This document shows positions 1 through 8,103 of a DNA stretch of 51,395 nucleotides, in pieces; position 1 is the first letter of the stretch, and each line of letters begins with the position of its first letter. The translations under genes and the position numbers were made by a program. The notes beneath the pieces were generated by a model. That model did not search any database. It was not told the origin of the DNA and saw nothing but the letters and a program-made list of their open reading frames with translations. Source of the DNA: Limisphaerales bacterium (GTDB lineage Bacteria; Pseudomonadota; Alphaproteobacteria; Rhodobacterales; Rhodobacteraceae); NCBI GenBank assembly GCA_044356825.1, contig JBIKVM010000001.1:1-51395 (forward strand). Direction: 5' to 3'.

Positions 1-23
1 CCCCTTGCGGCCGCGCGCGCGCC

Positions 24-1526
24 TCAGCGCTGCAGGAGGCTCAGCACGCCCTGCTTCGAGGCATTCGCCTGCGCGAGCATCGCCATCGAGGCCTGCTGCA
101 GGATTTGCGACTTGGCGAGGTTCGTCGTTTCCGCCGCGAAGTCGGCGTCCTCAATCCGACCGCGACCGGCTTCGAGGTTCGTCGCGATGTTCGTGAGGTT
201 CTTCACCGTGCTGTCGAGGCGGTTCGAGATGGCGCCGAGATTTGCACGCTGATTGGCAATTTGACGGAGAGCGCCATCAATAACATCGATTGCAGCGGAT
301 GCTCCCGCGCGGGTTCCGATATCGATTGACGAAACCGATGTCAGACCGGAAGAAGCAGAAGCAGAGGTATTGAAGTACCCGGTGGTTGCAAGGACTGTTG
401 CAGCAGCCCCGTCCGACTGCCCCGAGACGGTGAACGCACCGTTCGCCGAAAGCCGGACAGTACCAGTTACGATAGAAGAGTCATTGCCGCCTGCAGTCAA
501 AGTCTCCGCAGCGGCTGCCGACACATCGCTGGCATCGAAGTTCATTGCCCGAAGGGTTGCCGTTCCCGTTCCTCCGTCAGAAAAGTTCTCGATCGAGATG
601 TTGTCGCCATCCGCTTCTGTCAGGATAAGCGCGGCCTTCGATGAGCCGTCGAAGGTTGCGGTGACACCTGTTGTACCCGACGCGCTGTTGATGGCCGTCA
701 GAAGATTTGTCAGGTCCGAAGCGGACTGGACAGTTGCGGATATAGCCACTGCACTTCCGCCACCTTGCAGCGTGAAGCTGATTGCACCTGTTGCAACGGA
801 AGATAGTTTGGCGTGGGTGACCGCAGTAGCCGTCACACCCGTGGTCGATGTGTCATCGTTGACACCAACCGCCACAGCCTTGGCGGAACTTGCTGCAGAA
901 AAGGTCGCCGCAGCGCTGCCCGTCGGACCCAAGACATTGAACGTCGTCGTGGTATGGGTAGCCGTCGCCGTTGCAGCAGCCGTATTGGCAACGGCGGTCG
1001 AGTCAATCTTGTTGATGCCGAGATTCCCGGAGGCCGTCGAAGTGACCGATGCGTTCAACACCTCACCCGACCGCGCGCCAATCTGGAAGGTCTTAGCGAG
1101 GAAAGAGCCGTCGAGCAGTTTCTGACCCGCCCAAGTCGTGGTCGATGAAATACGATCAATTTCAGCGGTCAGTTGCTTCATCTCTTGCGACAGATAGTTC
1201 CGGTCAATCGCGGAGTTCGTATCGTTGACAGCCTGAACAGAAAGTTCGCGCATGCGCTGGAGAATGAACTCTACCTCCTGATGCGCTCCCTCAGCACTGT
1301 CAATCAGCGCCTGGCCGTCCATCGCGTTGCGAATGGCCTGGTTCGTGCCGCGGATTTCGGCCGTGAGGCGCGAGGCGATGGCGACGCCGGCCGCGTCATC
1401 TGCCGCCGTGTTGATGCGCTTGCCGGTCGACAGGCGCTCCATCGACGTTTCCATCGACTTGTTGATCGCGCTGGCTGCGGCCGAGGCCGACAGCGCGCCG
1501 ACGTTGGTGTTGATCGAGATCCCCAT
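24..1526 (-). CDS. fliC: Flagellin, 500 aa
   Basis: ATG at 1526. Conserved flagellin N-terminus (MGISINTN, LSTGKRINTAADDAAG, AIASRLTAEIRG) and C-terminus (ANLGAISNRLDST, AAETTNLAKSQILQQASMAMLAQANASKQGVLSLLQR). The centre is variable and Thr/Ser/Ala-rich. Confidence 0.95.
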   Translation of the reverse strand: MGISINTNVGALSASAAASAINKSMETSMERLSTGKRINTAADDAAGVAIASRLTAEIRGTNQAIRNAMDGQALIDSAEGAHQEVEFILQRMRELSVQAVNDTNSAIDRNYLSQEMKQLTAEIDRISSTTTWAGQKLLDGSFLAKTFQIGARSGEVLNASVTSTASGNLGINKIDSTAVANTAAATATATHTTTTFNVLGPTGSAAATFSAASSAKAVAVGVNDDTSTTGVTATAVTHAKLSSVATGAISFTLQGGGSAVAISATVQSASDLTNLLTAINSASGTTGVTATFDGSSKAALILTEADGDNISIENFSDGGTGTATLRAMNFDASDVSAAAAETLTAGGNDSSIVTGTVRLSANGAFTVSGQSDGAAATVLATTGYFNTSASASSGLTSVSSIDIGTRAGASAAIDVIDGALRQIANQRANLGAISNRLDSTVKNLTNIATNLEAGRGRIEDADFAAETTNLAKSQILQQASMAMLAQANASKQGVLSLLQR

Positions 1527-1665
1527 CTCAGTCTCCTCTCATGCGCCGGTCCGGCGCGGTTCCAGTGCGGAGGCAGTCGTGCCCGGTTGGGCGGTTCGTC
1601 TTCCGATCCGGGCCTGACGGTCGATGCCTCCGCAGACATCCCGCGCCGTCAGGCGCCTGAGTTCG

Positions 1666-1692
1666 GAAACGACCGGATTGTGGATTGTTTAG
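1666..1692 (-). promoter_or_regulatory. Candidate sigma28 (FliA) promoter of fliC: CTAAA-N14-GTCGTTTC
   Basis: Minus strand reads CTCTAAACAATCCACAATCCGGTCGTTTCCGAAC. The same CTAA[A/C]-N14/15-GTCGTTTC element precedes fliD and flgM. It lies about 130 nt upstream of the fliC ATG. Confidence 0.45.
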
Positions 1693-1725
1693 AGGGGCAG
1701 ACGAAAAAAGCCGCGTCAGGCGCGC

Positions 1726-2211
1726 TCAGCGGTCGCGCACGAGGCGTACGGCGAGTTCCTGATAGGGGAAGAAGCGGCCGTAGCTGTGGCCGGTGCGGAA
1801 GTTCACGCTCCAGACGTGGCGGGGCGCGAGCCAGTTGCGATTCGCTGTCCAGAAGGAGTCGGCCGGGGTGTCGGGGAAGTTGACCGGGTCGATCTTGGTG
1901 CCCTCGCACTCGAGGCAGAGGAGGCTTTCGAGCTCCGCGCGCGAAGGCAAGCGCCAACCGGGGCCGAGTTGCGCCTCGGCCTGCGCGATGGCCTCGGCGG
2001 CCGCGTCGATGCTGAGCATGACGGCGGCGCCGTCGCAGCGCTCCGTCTCGGGGTTCCAGCGCTGGCCAACCGTGCAGCGCAGCCATTCGATCCCGCGCGA
2101 GAGGTCGGTGACATAGAGATCCTTGGCATAGAACTGCGCCGCCGCCCCGCCGGCCGAGGCAAGACCGATGACGAAGGCAGCGGGAGCGATCAGAGCGAGA
2201 GGAAATCCCAT
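1726..2211 (-). CDS. Secreted DUF1566 (Lcl C-terminal domain-like) protein, about 161 aa
   Basis: Internal ATG at 2211 gives a signal peptide (MGFPLALIAPAAFVIGLASAGGAAAQ). DUF1566-type motifs: GWRLPSRAELESLL, FWTAN, VWSVNFRTGHS. High GC3. The ORF-track start at 2256 would lie inside the motA promoter region. Confidence 0.6.
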   Translation of the reverse strand: MGFPLALIAPAAFVIGLASAGGAAAQFYAKDLYVTDLSRGIEWLRCTVGQRWNPETERCDGAAVMLSIDAAAEAIAQAEAQLGPGWRLPSRAELESLLCLECEGTKIDPVNFPDTPADSFWTANRNWLAPRHVWSVNFRTGHSYGRFFPYQELAVRLVRDR

Positions 2212-2250
2212 GTTCAGACCTTTGCAGCGCACCCTGAGCGCGTCAAGTGG

Positions 2251-2266
2251 GGGCATCCGGATTGCC
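2251..2266 (+). promoter_or_regulatory. Candidate sigma54 promoter upstream of motA: GGGCAT-ccgga-TTGCC
   Basis: GG-N10-GC spacing is correct and the -12 TTGC is intact. The first base of the -24 element is G rather than T. About 105 nt upstream of the motA ATG. Confidence 0.45.
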
Positions 2267-2267
2267 T

Positions 2268-2281
2268 GTCAAATTCCTGAC
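2268..2281. promoter_or_regulatory. GTCA-N6-TGAC palindrome (GTCAAATTCCTGAC), weaker member of the recurrent box
   Basis: Perfect 4+4 inverted arms nested in a larger imperfect palindrome (GCCTGTCA...TGACGCAGGC). Starts 2 nt after the candidate motA sigma54 promoter. Matches the TGTCGGAATTCCGACA consensus at 10/16 positions. Confidence 0.35.
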
Positions 2282-2381
2282 GCAGGCACCGGATGGCGAG
2301 TTCTATCGTCAATCTGCCCGAGATGGTATGAATCTTGGATGAACACCGGGCTAGGTGTGCCCCTCAACATGGGAGTCTGAA

Positions 2382-3146
2382 ATGGATCTCGCTACACTCA
2401 TCGGACTGACGGGTGCGTTGGCCTGTATCATCGGCTCGCTCTTCGCCGGGGGGGGGACACTCGGGCCTTTCATCGACATCCCGTCCATCTTGATCGTGGT
2501 CTTCGGAACCTTGTTCACGGCGATGTACACAAAGCCGCTGCCGATCTTCCTGTCGCACTTCGGAGCGATGGCGAAGGCCTTTCTGCCGCCGGTCAAGAAG
2601 ATGGACGTCATGATCAAGCGCATGGTCGAGTTGTCGGCGATAGCGCGCAAGGACGGGATGATGGCGCTCGAAGGACAGGCCGTGCCCGACAAGTTCTTCG
2701 AGAAGGGCCTGCAGATGCTGGTCGACGGCGCGGATGAAAAGAAGCTCGTCTCGCAGCTGACGGCCGAGATCAAGTCGATGAAGAGCCGCCACGCCGCCAA
2801 CCAGCAGTGCGTCAAGGCGTGGATCGACCTCGCACCCGCGATGGGGATGATCGGGACCCTGATCGGCCTCGTGCTGATGCTCGGCAACATGGGCGACCCG
2901 AAATCGATCGGCCCCGCCATGGCGGTGGCGCTGCTGACGACGCTTTACGGGGCGTTGCTAGCTAACGTGATGTTCATGCCGATGCTGACCAAGCTCGAGG
3001 GCTACACGGAATACGAGGTGACATACCGCGAAGCGGTTGTCGAAGGTCTGCGTGGCATCGCCCGCGGTGACAGCCCGCGCAACATCCAGGACGTTATGGC
3101 AACGAACCTGCCGCCCAAGATGCAGGCCAAGCTCGAAGCCGCGTGA
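2382..3146 (+). CDS. motA: Flagellar stator protein MotA, 254 aa
   Basis: ATG at 2382 with GGGAG six nt upstream; the ORF-track GTG at 2355 is less likely. Four TM segments. MotA/TolQ/ExbB signature: APAMGMIGTLIGLVLML, PAMAVALLTTLYGALLANV. Confidence 0.9.
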   Translation: MDLATLIGLTGALACIIGSLFAGGGTLGPFIDIPSILIVVFGTLFTAMYTKPLPIFLSHFGAMAKAFLPPVKKMDVMIKRMVELSAIARKDGMMALEGQAVPDKFFEKGLQMLVDGADEKKLVSQLTAEIKSMKSRHAANQQCVKAWIDLAPAMGMIGTLIGLVLMLGNMGDPKSIGPAMAVALLTTLYGALLANVMFMPMLTKLEGYTEYEVTYREAVVEGLRGIARGDSPRNIQDVMATNLPPKMQAKLEAA

Positions 3147-3179
3147 TAGCGGCGAGCGCCGGACCAGAAGGAACGCACC

Positions 3180-4418
3180 ATGGCCGCCAAGGCAGCCGAA
3201 GTCGAGGAAGTCGAGGAAGCCCCGGCAGAGGACTGCCCGAAGTGCCCGCCGGTCGGCGCACCGGCATGGATGGCGACTTTTGCCGACATGGCAACGTTGC
3301 TCATGGCATTCTTCGTGCTGATATTGTCCTTCGCCGAATTCAACGTTCCCAAGTTCAAGCAGATCTCGGGTTCGTTGCAGAACGCATTCGGTGTGCAGAA
3401 GATCGTGCCCGTGGTGGAACAACCACAGGGCACGACGCTCTTGCAGCTTGAGTTCAGCCCATCGCCCAGCCCATCGCTCACCAACGAGATGACGCAGCAG
3501 ACGACCGAACTGCAACAGCCCGAGCTTGAGCTTCAGACCAAGACCGAGGATGCCGTGGACGGCGACACGGCAAGCCGTGACGGCGAGGCTGAAGGAACTG
3601 GCGGCAAGGCCGGTCAGACCGGAGAAGCCGGCTCGGACGGCGAGATGGACGCTCAGGCGCTGGCCTCGGCGCTGCAGGAAGCCATCGAGAGCGGCGAAGT
3701 GCAGGTCGAAATGAACGGCGAGAATGTCGTCGTCAACTTCCCCTCCGAAGATACCGAATCCAAGGATCTGCCATCGCTCGTGAAAGAAACGCTCGCGGCT
3801 CTGGCCGAAGCGCGGCAGGCCTCTGGCCAGGCTGAGACCGAAGTTCTCTTCGGAGGACTGGAGCAGCAGTTGGCCCAACTCGCGGCTGCGGCCGACCAGG
3901 CCGCGAGCGGCCAGGGAGAAAGCCCGACGCCCGAGACAGCCGAGGCTGCGGCCCAGGCCGAAGCGGCGGCAGCACAGGCGAGCGCGGCGGTCGATCAGCT
4001 TCAGGTGGCGCTGCGCGAAGAGATCGCACAGGGGCTTGTCGAGGTCGAGCAGCGCGACGGCAAGGTCTATGTCACCGTCGGTGCAGGGGGCGCGTTTCCG
4101 TCCGGGTCGGCCGACCTCACCGCCGATGCCGTCAACATCATGAACCGCATCGCCTTCGCCTCGATGAGCAGCGAGAGCACGATCACCGTCGCGGGCCACA
4201 CCGACGACGTGCCGATCTCGACCTCGCTCTTCCGCGACAACTGGGATCTCGCAGCCGGGCGGGCGGCGAGCGTCGTGCAGGCGATCCAGGCCACGGGCCT
4301 TGTCGATGGCGGCCGGATGCGGGCTGTAAGCTATGGCGAGACGAAGCCCGTCGAGGACAACGCCACCCCCGAGGGTCGCGAACGCAACCGGCGGATCGAG
4401 ATCGAGATCGAATACTGA
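3180..4418 (+). CDS. motB: Flagellar stator protein MotB, 412 aa, with a long acidic/Ala-rich linker
   Basis: N-terminal TM segment with the conserved Asp (PAWMATFADMATLLMAFFVLILSF). C-terminal OmpA-like peptidoglycan-binding domain (ITVAGHTDDVPI, NWDLAAGRAASV, NRRIEIEIEY). AGAAGGAA Shine-Dalgarno sequence. Confidence 0.9.
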   Translation: MAAKAAEVEEVEEAPAEDCPKCPPVGAPAWMATFADMATLLMAFFVLILSFAEFNVPKFKQISGSLQNAFGVQKIVPVVEQPQGTTLLQLEFSPSPSPSLTNEMTQQTTELQQPELELQTKTEDAVDGDTASRDGEAEGTGGKAGQTGEAGSDGEMDAQALASALQEAIESGEVQVEMNGENVVVNFPSEDTESKDLPSLVKETLAALAEARQASGQAETEVLFGGLEQQLAQLAAAADQAASGQGESPTPETAEAAAQAEAAAAQASAAVDQLQVALREEIAQGLVEVEQRDGKVYVTVGAGGAFPSGSADLTADAVNIMNRIAFASMSSESTITVAGHTDDVPISTSLFRDNWDLAAGRAASVVQAIQATGLVDGGRMRAVSYGETKPVEDNATPEGRERNRRIEIEIEY

Positions 4419-4429
4419 GGCGCTGCGCG

Positions 4430-4457
4430 CTAACGCTTCGCGCCGCGCCGTCGTTTC
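4430..4457 (+). promoter_or_regulatory. Candidate sigma28 promoter of fliD: CTAAC-N15-GTCGTTTC
   Basis: GCTAACGCTTCGCGCCGCGCCGTCGTTTCAGACC. Identical -35/-10 words and spacing to the flgM element. Leaves a leader of about 25 nt containing GAAGGA before ATG 4488. Confidence 0.45.
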
Positions 4458-4487
4458 AGACCGAGAAGGACCAACAGGGCGGAACCG

Positions 4488-6062
4488 ATGGCTGTCGACT
4501 ATCTGAGCGCGCTGAACTCCCGCGGATCGGGCCTGAACATCACCCAGATCGTGGGCTCGCTCGTCGATGCCGAGATCGTTCCCAAGCGCTCGCAGATCGA
4601 GAAGCAGATCGAGGAAAACGACCTCTCGATCTCGGAACTTGGAAAGCTCAGGGCCGAACTCTCGTCGCTGTCGTCCTCGCTGGCCGTCACGGGTGCGGGC
4701 CAGGCCTATGACGCGCGCAGCGGCTCGAGCGCGATCGCGATCGCGATCACCGACGCGTCCAAAGCAACCGCCTTTGATTCCAGCCTGCGCGTCACCCAAC
4801 TCGCAGCAGCACAAGTGGTGGAGTATTCGGGCTTTGCCAGCGCCTTGGCGACAGTGACGGCCGGTACCCTTCAGGTCAGCGTCGGCGGCGGTGCCACGAC
4901 AACCCTGACGATCAGCGCGGGCGACACGATATCGGACGTCGCTGACGCGCTCGATGACCTCGACGGTGTCTCGGCGAGCGTGGTCGCAACCGGGACAAAC
5001 GCCTATTCCATCATCGTGAAGTCCGAGATCGGCGCGTCGAAGGCAGTCACGATCAACGCGACCGACGCAACCGCGATCGGACTCGGAACAGCGGTGGTAA
5101 AAGTACCGGCAACCGACGCGATCCTCACGCTCGATGGCATCACTGTCACCCGGGGCAGCAACGTGATCTCGGACCTCGTCCCGGGGGCGACGCTGACGCT
5201 GACCGACACGATGACATCCGCAACGCGCGTGCAACTCGAGGAACGTCAGGACATCGCACTGGCCGAGCTGAAGGCGCTTGTCGAGCGGTTGAACGAGACC
5301 AAGAGCCTCATCGCAGAGGCCACCAAGCGCGGTATCAACGGTGCGGCATCGGGGCCTTTGGTCGGCGATCCGACGATCATGGCAATCGGGCGTCGCCTTG
5401 CGGCGATCACGACGCAGCCGATCGTGGGCTTTGCGGCCGATCCCGTCTATCTCTCGCAAATCGGGGTGCGCACGCAGCGCGACGGCACGCTCGAGGTCGA
5501 CGAGGCGACGTTCAACGCCGCCTACGAGACCAACCGGCACATCTATCGAGCGGTGTTCCAGAGCCTGAACCAGACGACGACCAGCGGGATAACGGTGCGC
5601 ACGACGGCCAATGCCAAACCACCGGCCGGGGTCTATGCGTTCGACTACGTCAATTCCACTACGGCGACGCTGAACGGCACATCCCTGATCGTGCGCTCTG
5701 GAGTCTCGCCCGCCAAGGAATTCTACGCGGCAACCGGCACCTTCGCAGGTGTCACGATCCGGCTCGAAGACGGGATCGAGCAAGACACGACGGTGATGAT
5801 CGGCAAGAGCGTTCTCTCGCAGATCCGCGACTTTGCCGACACGCTGATTGCCAAGACGGGCGACATCACCCTGCGCGAGAAGAAGTTCACGGAAAAGGGG
5901 TTTGAACTCGGCGACGCGCTCACGGATCTCAAGGACCGCGAGGATACCGCCCGCCAGCGCTACTTCGCGCGCTTCACTGCGATGGAACAGATCGTGACCC
6001 GGGTCAAGGGGACGGGCGAATACATGCAATCCATCATGGATGCATGGAACAAGCAGGAGTGA
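4488..6062 (+). CDS. fliD: Flagellar filament cap protein FliD, 524 aa
   Basis: N-terminal FliD heptad region (MAVDYLSALNSRGSGLNITQIVGSLVDAE...IEENDLSISELGKLRAEL). C-terminal FliD region (RYFARFTAMEQIVTRVKGTGEYMQSIM). Confidence 0.9.
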   Translation: MAVDYLSALNSRGSGLNITQIVGSLVDAEIVPKRSQIEKQIEENDLSISELGKLRAELSSLSSSLAVTGAGQAYDARSGSSAIAIAITDASKATAFDSSLRVTQLAAAQVVEYSGFASALATVTAGTLQVSVGGGATTTLTISAGDTISDVADALDDLDGVSASVVATGTNAYSIIVKSEIGASKAVTINATDATAIGLGTAVVKVPATDAILTLDGITVTRGSNVISDLVPGATLTLTDTMTSATRVQLEERQDIALAELKALVERLNETKSLIAEATKRGINGAASGPLVGDPTIMAIGRRLAAITTQPIVGFAADPVYLSQIGVRTQRDGTLEVDEATFNAAYETNRHIYRAVFQSLNQTTTSGITVRTTANAKPPAGVYAFDYVNSTTATLNGTSLIVRSGVSPAKEFYAATGTFAGVTIRLEDGIEQDTTVMIGKSVLSQIRDFADTLIAKTGDITLREKKFTEKGFELGDALTDLKDREDTARQRYFARFTAMEQIVTRVKGTGEYMQSIMDAWNKQE

Positions 6063-6068
6063 CGGCGC

Positions 6069-6554
6069 TCAGAGCCCGTCGAACATCGAGACCTCGATCT
6101 CGGGAAGCTTGCACAGCCAGTCGCCATCCTCGACCCGTGCCCAGGTCCAGCCCGGCGGGGCTGCGAGCGCGGGCTTGAGCCGGAGGGAATAGACGTACGG
6201 CTTGAAGATCTTTACGCACTTCTCCGCGTCGTAGTTCAGTTGCTTGAGTCCATCGAGCTGGCTGGTGAACACGCGGCGGATCTTGCGCGGCGATCCGTTG
6301 TAGTGGGTGGTGATGCGGTGATGCGCATAGCCATGCAGGACCGAGACCGCATCCTCGACCTCGGCCTCGAGCATGATGCGCAGCATGCCCTCGGCGGTAA
6401 ATTCCAGTGCATCGGCCGGGACGGCGACATAGCGCTGGCTCAGCACCTCGGCATACTTGATCGCGAAAGCCCGCATGCCCAAGTTCGACACGAGGTAGCG
6501 CTGCGCGATAAGGGCGGCGACGACGGAATAGACCCATTCGGGACAGTAGCGCAC
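6069..6554 (-). CDS. Hypothetical protein, 161 aa, last gene of the fliS operon
   Basis: GTG start preceded by AGGAGG at 5-nt spacing. High GC3 throughout. Begins 54 nt downstream of the fliS stop. I recognise no domain. Confidence 0.6.
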   Translation of the reverse strand: MRYCPEWVYSVVAALIAQRYLVSNLGMRAFAIKYAEVLSQRYVAVPADALEFTAEGMLRIMLEAEVEDAVSVLHGYAHHRITTHYNGSPRKIRRVFTSQLDGLKQLNYDAEKCVKIFKPYVYSLRLKPALAAPPGWTWARVEDGDWLCKLPEIEVSMFDGL

Positions 6555-6608
6555 CGCAACCTCCTGCCGCAGACCCTTGGTCAGACATTAACCTCGGACG
6601 TGGCGGTT

Positions 6609-6995
6609 TCAACCTGCCTTGTTCGAAATGTCGCCCCATGCGGTCGTGATCTCGTCGATAAAGGCCACACATTTCTCGAGGTTCGCCGCCGGGTCGCGGC
6701 GGAAGGCAAGCGTCAGTTGGGTGCGGCAGTATTCGTAGATGCGGAAGAGGTTCACGGCGATCTCGCCGCCCGCGTCGAAATCGAGGCTCGACTGCAGGAT
6801 GTAAATCGCGGTGAAGGCCCGCGTCATATGCGAATTGCGCACATCCGACGCGACCACCTTGCCCTGCGCCAGCACCCCGAGGCTGCGACCGAGTTCGCGC
6901 AAGGTGACATGGATGATCTCATGCGGATCGGAAATCTCCTCGTAGCCCACGGCTCGGGTCTTGGCGTAGAGATCGCGCGCGACAGAAAAGTTCAT
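6609..6995 (-). CDS. fliS: Flagellin export chaperone FliS, 128 aa
   Basis: Internal ATG at 6995 with GGAG at 6-nt spacing. FliS core pattern: AFTAIYILQSSLDFDAGGEIAVNLFRIYEYCRTQL...ITTAWGDI. Confidence 0.85.
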   Translation of the reverse strand: MNFSVARDLYAKTRAVGYEEISDPHEIIHVTLRELGRSLGVLAQGKVVASDVRNSHMTRAFTAIYILQSSLDFDAGGEIAVNLFRIYEYCRTQLTLAFRRDPAANLEKCVAFIDEITTAWGDISNKAG

Positions 6996-7072
6996 CTTTC
7001 GCTCCAAAGGCTCTGAGGTCACCGTGGAAGATGAAACGTCGCGACGCACCAAAGTTTTACCCCCCTGCCCGC

Positions 7073-7468
7073 CTAATTCCCGAATGACTCGCGCATCGAA
7101 CGGTTGATCATCTGCTGGCGCGCGCTCGACTCGCAGTCTGCGATTAACTCCACATTCCGCGCCGCTGGTTCGTCATAGCCTGCATAGGTGACCGCGTCGA
7201 AGCCCGGCGCGATCCGCAGGCGCAAGGGCTCGCCCTCGGCCACCAAGATCTCTGCCACGCCGTCGACAAAGCGCGCGGTCCTGCCGGACTGGGGCGCTGC
7301 AACGACAAAGGCATCGTCACCGACAGGGCAGGTGTTGCGCAGCGTCACCCGGGCCTCGATCATTTCGGGTCGGCTATCGCGCTCAACCCCTGTCCAAAGG
7401 AAAAAGCCCCCGGCGGCGACCGACAGGATCACGGCAAGGATGATGCCGGCAGCAAGGAACGGATTCAT
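7073..7468 (-). CDS. Hypothetical membrane-anchored protein, 131 aa, first gene of the fliS operon
   Basis: ATG at 7468. N-terminal TM helix (NPFLAAGIILAVILSVAAGGFFLW) followed by a soluble domain. High GC3. No recognisable domain. Confidence 0.55.
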   Translation of the reverse strand: MNPFLAAGIILAVILSVAAGGFFLWTGVERDSRPEMIEARVTLRNTCPVGDDAFVVAAPQSGRTARFVDGVAEILVAEGEPLRLRIAPGFDAVTYAGYDEPAARNVELIADCESSARQQMINRSMRESFGN

Positions 7469-7531
7469 GGACCCAACCGATGAGCAATCATTGTGAGAGA
7501 ATATCTGTGCACGTTTCCAGCCGATGCAAGG

Positions 7532-7547
7532 GGCAACGCCGCCGCCA
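7532..7547 (-). promoter_or_regulatory. Candidate sigma54 promoter: TGGCGG-cggcg-TTGCC
   Basis: Correct GG-N10-GC spacing on the minus strand. About 50 nt upstream of ATG 7468. Back to back with the plus-strand promoter at 7557. Confidence 0.4.
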
Positions 7548-7556
7548 TGCCCGTCG

Positions 7557-7572
7557 TGGCACGCAAGTTGCT
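7557..7572 (+). promoter_or_regulatory. sigma54 promoter: TGGCAC-gcaag-TTGCT
   Basis: Full match to TGGCAC-N5-TTGCW. Followed by AGGAGA (7591-7596) and ATG 7603. Confidence 0.6.
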
Positions 7573-7602
7573 TGTGTCAGTCGACCGACGAGGAGACCTG
7601 CC

Positions 7603-7788
7603 ATGAATGCCCGCAGCCCGAAGATTTCTCCGGCACCGCACGCCCCCGAACGCACCCCTGACACCCGCATCTTTGTCGAAGTCGGGTTCTACGATCCCTC
7701 CGAGCGGATCGAACGCGTGCTGCATGCCGATCTCGACAGCTATCTCGCAGACCTCGTCCGCGTGAACGTGGCGCTGACTGCAGGCTGA
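7603..7788 (+). CDS. Small hypothetical protein, 61 aa, driven by a sigma54 promoter
   Basis: ATG 7603 with AGGAGA six nt upstream and a canonical sigma54 promoter about 30 nt further up. No recognisable domain. The 3' end overlaps the convergent ORF 7740-8045 by 49 nt. Confidence 0.45.
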   Translation: MNARSPKISPAPHAPERTPDTRIFVEVGFYDPSERIERVLHADLDSYLADLVRVNVALTAG

Positions 7789-8045
7789 TCTGCAGCATCA
7801 TCCGAAGTTTCGCTGGCGCGACGGTAACGGCGCCATTCGATCCATTTCAGGGACGCCACGAACACCGCCCATACCCCCATCGCCGCGACGAAGTGCCAGA
7901 CGGTCAGCTTGGCCAGCAGCGGGAGCGAGGGCCCGAAGATGGGCAGGGTGATCATGAGAAATGCCGCCACGATGAGAAAGTGGCGTATGCGCGCGCAACT
8001 CCGACAGGGACCGGACTGTGGCGCATTTGACCGATGATAGAACAT
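7740..8045 (-). CDS. Small membrane protein, 101 aa, last gene of the fliS-like/fliT-like operon
   Basis: Internal ATG at 8045. Two predicted TM helices (HFLIVAAFLMITLPIFGPSL, VWHFVAAMGVWAVFVASL). The N-terminal extension in the ORF track is Arg/Pro-rich and looks like junk. Confidence 0.5.
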   Translation of the reverse strand: MFYHRSNAPQSGPCRSCARIRHFLIVAAFLMITLPIFGPSLPLLAKLTVWHFVAAMGVWAVFVASLKWIEWRRYRRASETSDDAADQPAVSATFTRTRSAR

Positions 8046-8103
8046 GACGCCTCGCTTGCTCCTGCAATGATAGCACGTCGGACGGGACGCGGCCAGCAGC
8101 GGA

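Noticed and set aside
124-131. A fourth GTCGTTTC octamer on the plus strand, inside fliC
   Set aside because: It lies within the codons for the conserved flagellin AETTNL segment (antisense to it), has no CTAA -35 word at the right distance, and has no downstream gene.
1701-1730. Possible intrinsic terminator after the DUF1566 gene (CGCG-CCTGA-CGCG followed by T6 on the minus strand)
   Set aside because: The perfect stem is only 4 bp and extends only with a bulge. It is too weak to annotate, and fliC promoter elements follow immediately.
2958-6029. Very long antisense ORFs: 2958-6029(-), 17525-19057(+), 19027-21084(+), 21174-23087(+), 24543-26345(+), 30936-33092(-), 34560-36326(-) and 46373-48580(+)
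   Set aside because: All lie opposite clearly identifiable genes (motB/fliD, fliK, fliI/fliH, fliG/fliF, fleT, flhA, flhG, P-type ATPase). Their translations are Arg/Gly/Pro/His-rich low-complexity strings with no motifs. Stop-free shadow frames are expected in DNA this GC-rich.
7576-7589. Plain GTC-N8-GAC matches elsewhere, for example GTCCGACCATCGAC in the 8762-8887 leader
   Set aside because: The bare GTC/GAC frame is expected many times by chance in GC-rich DNA. Only sites that also match the inner GGAATTCC core (at least 11/16) were counted as box copies. The 10/16 sites are flagged as weak.
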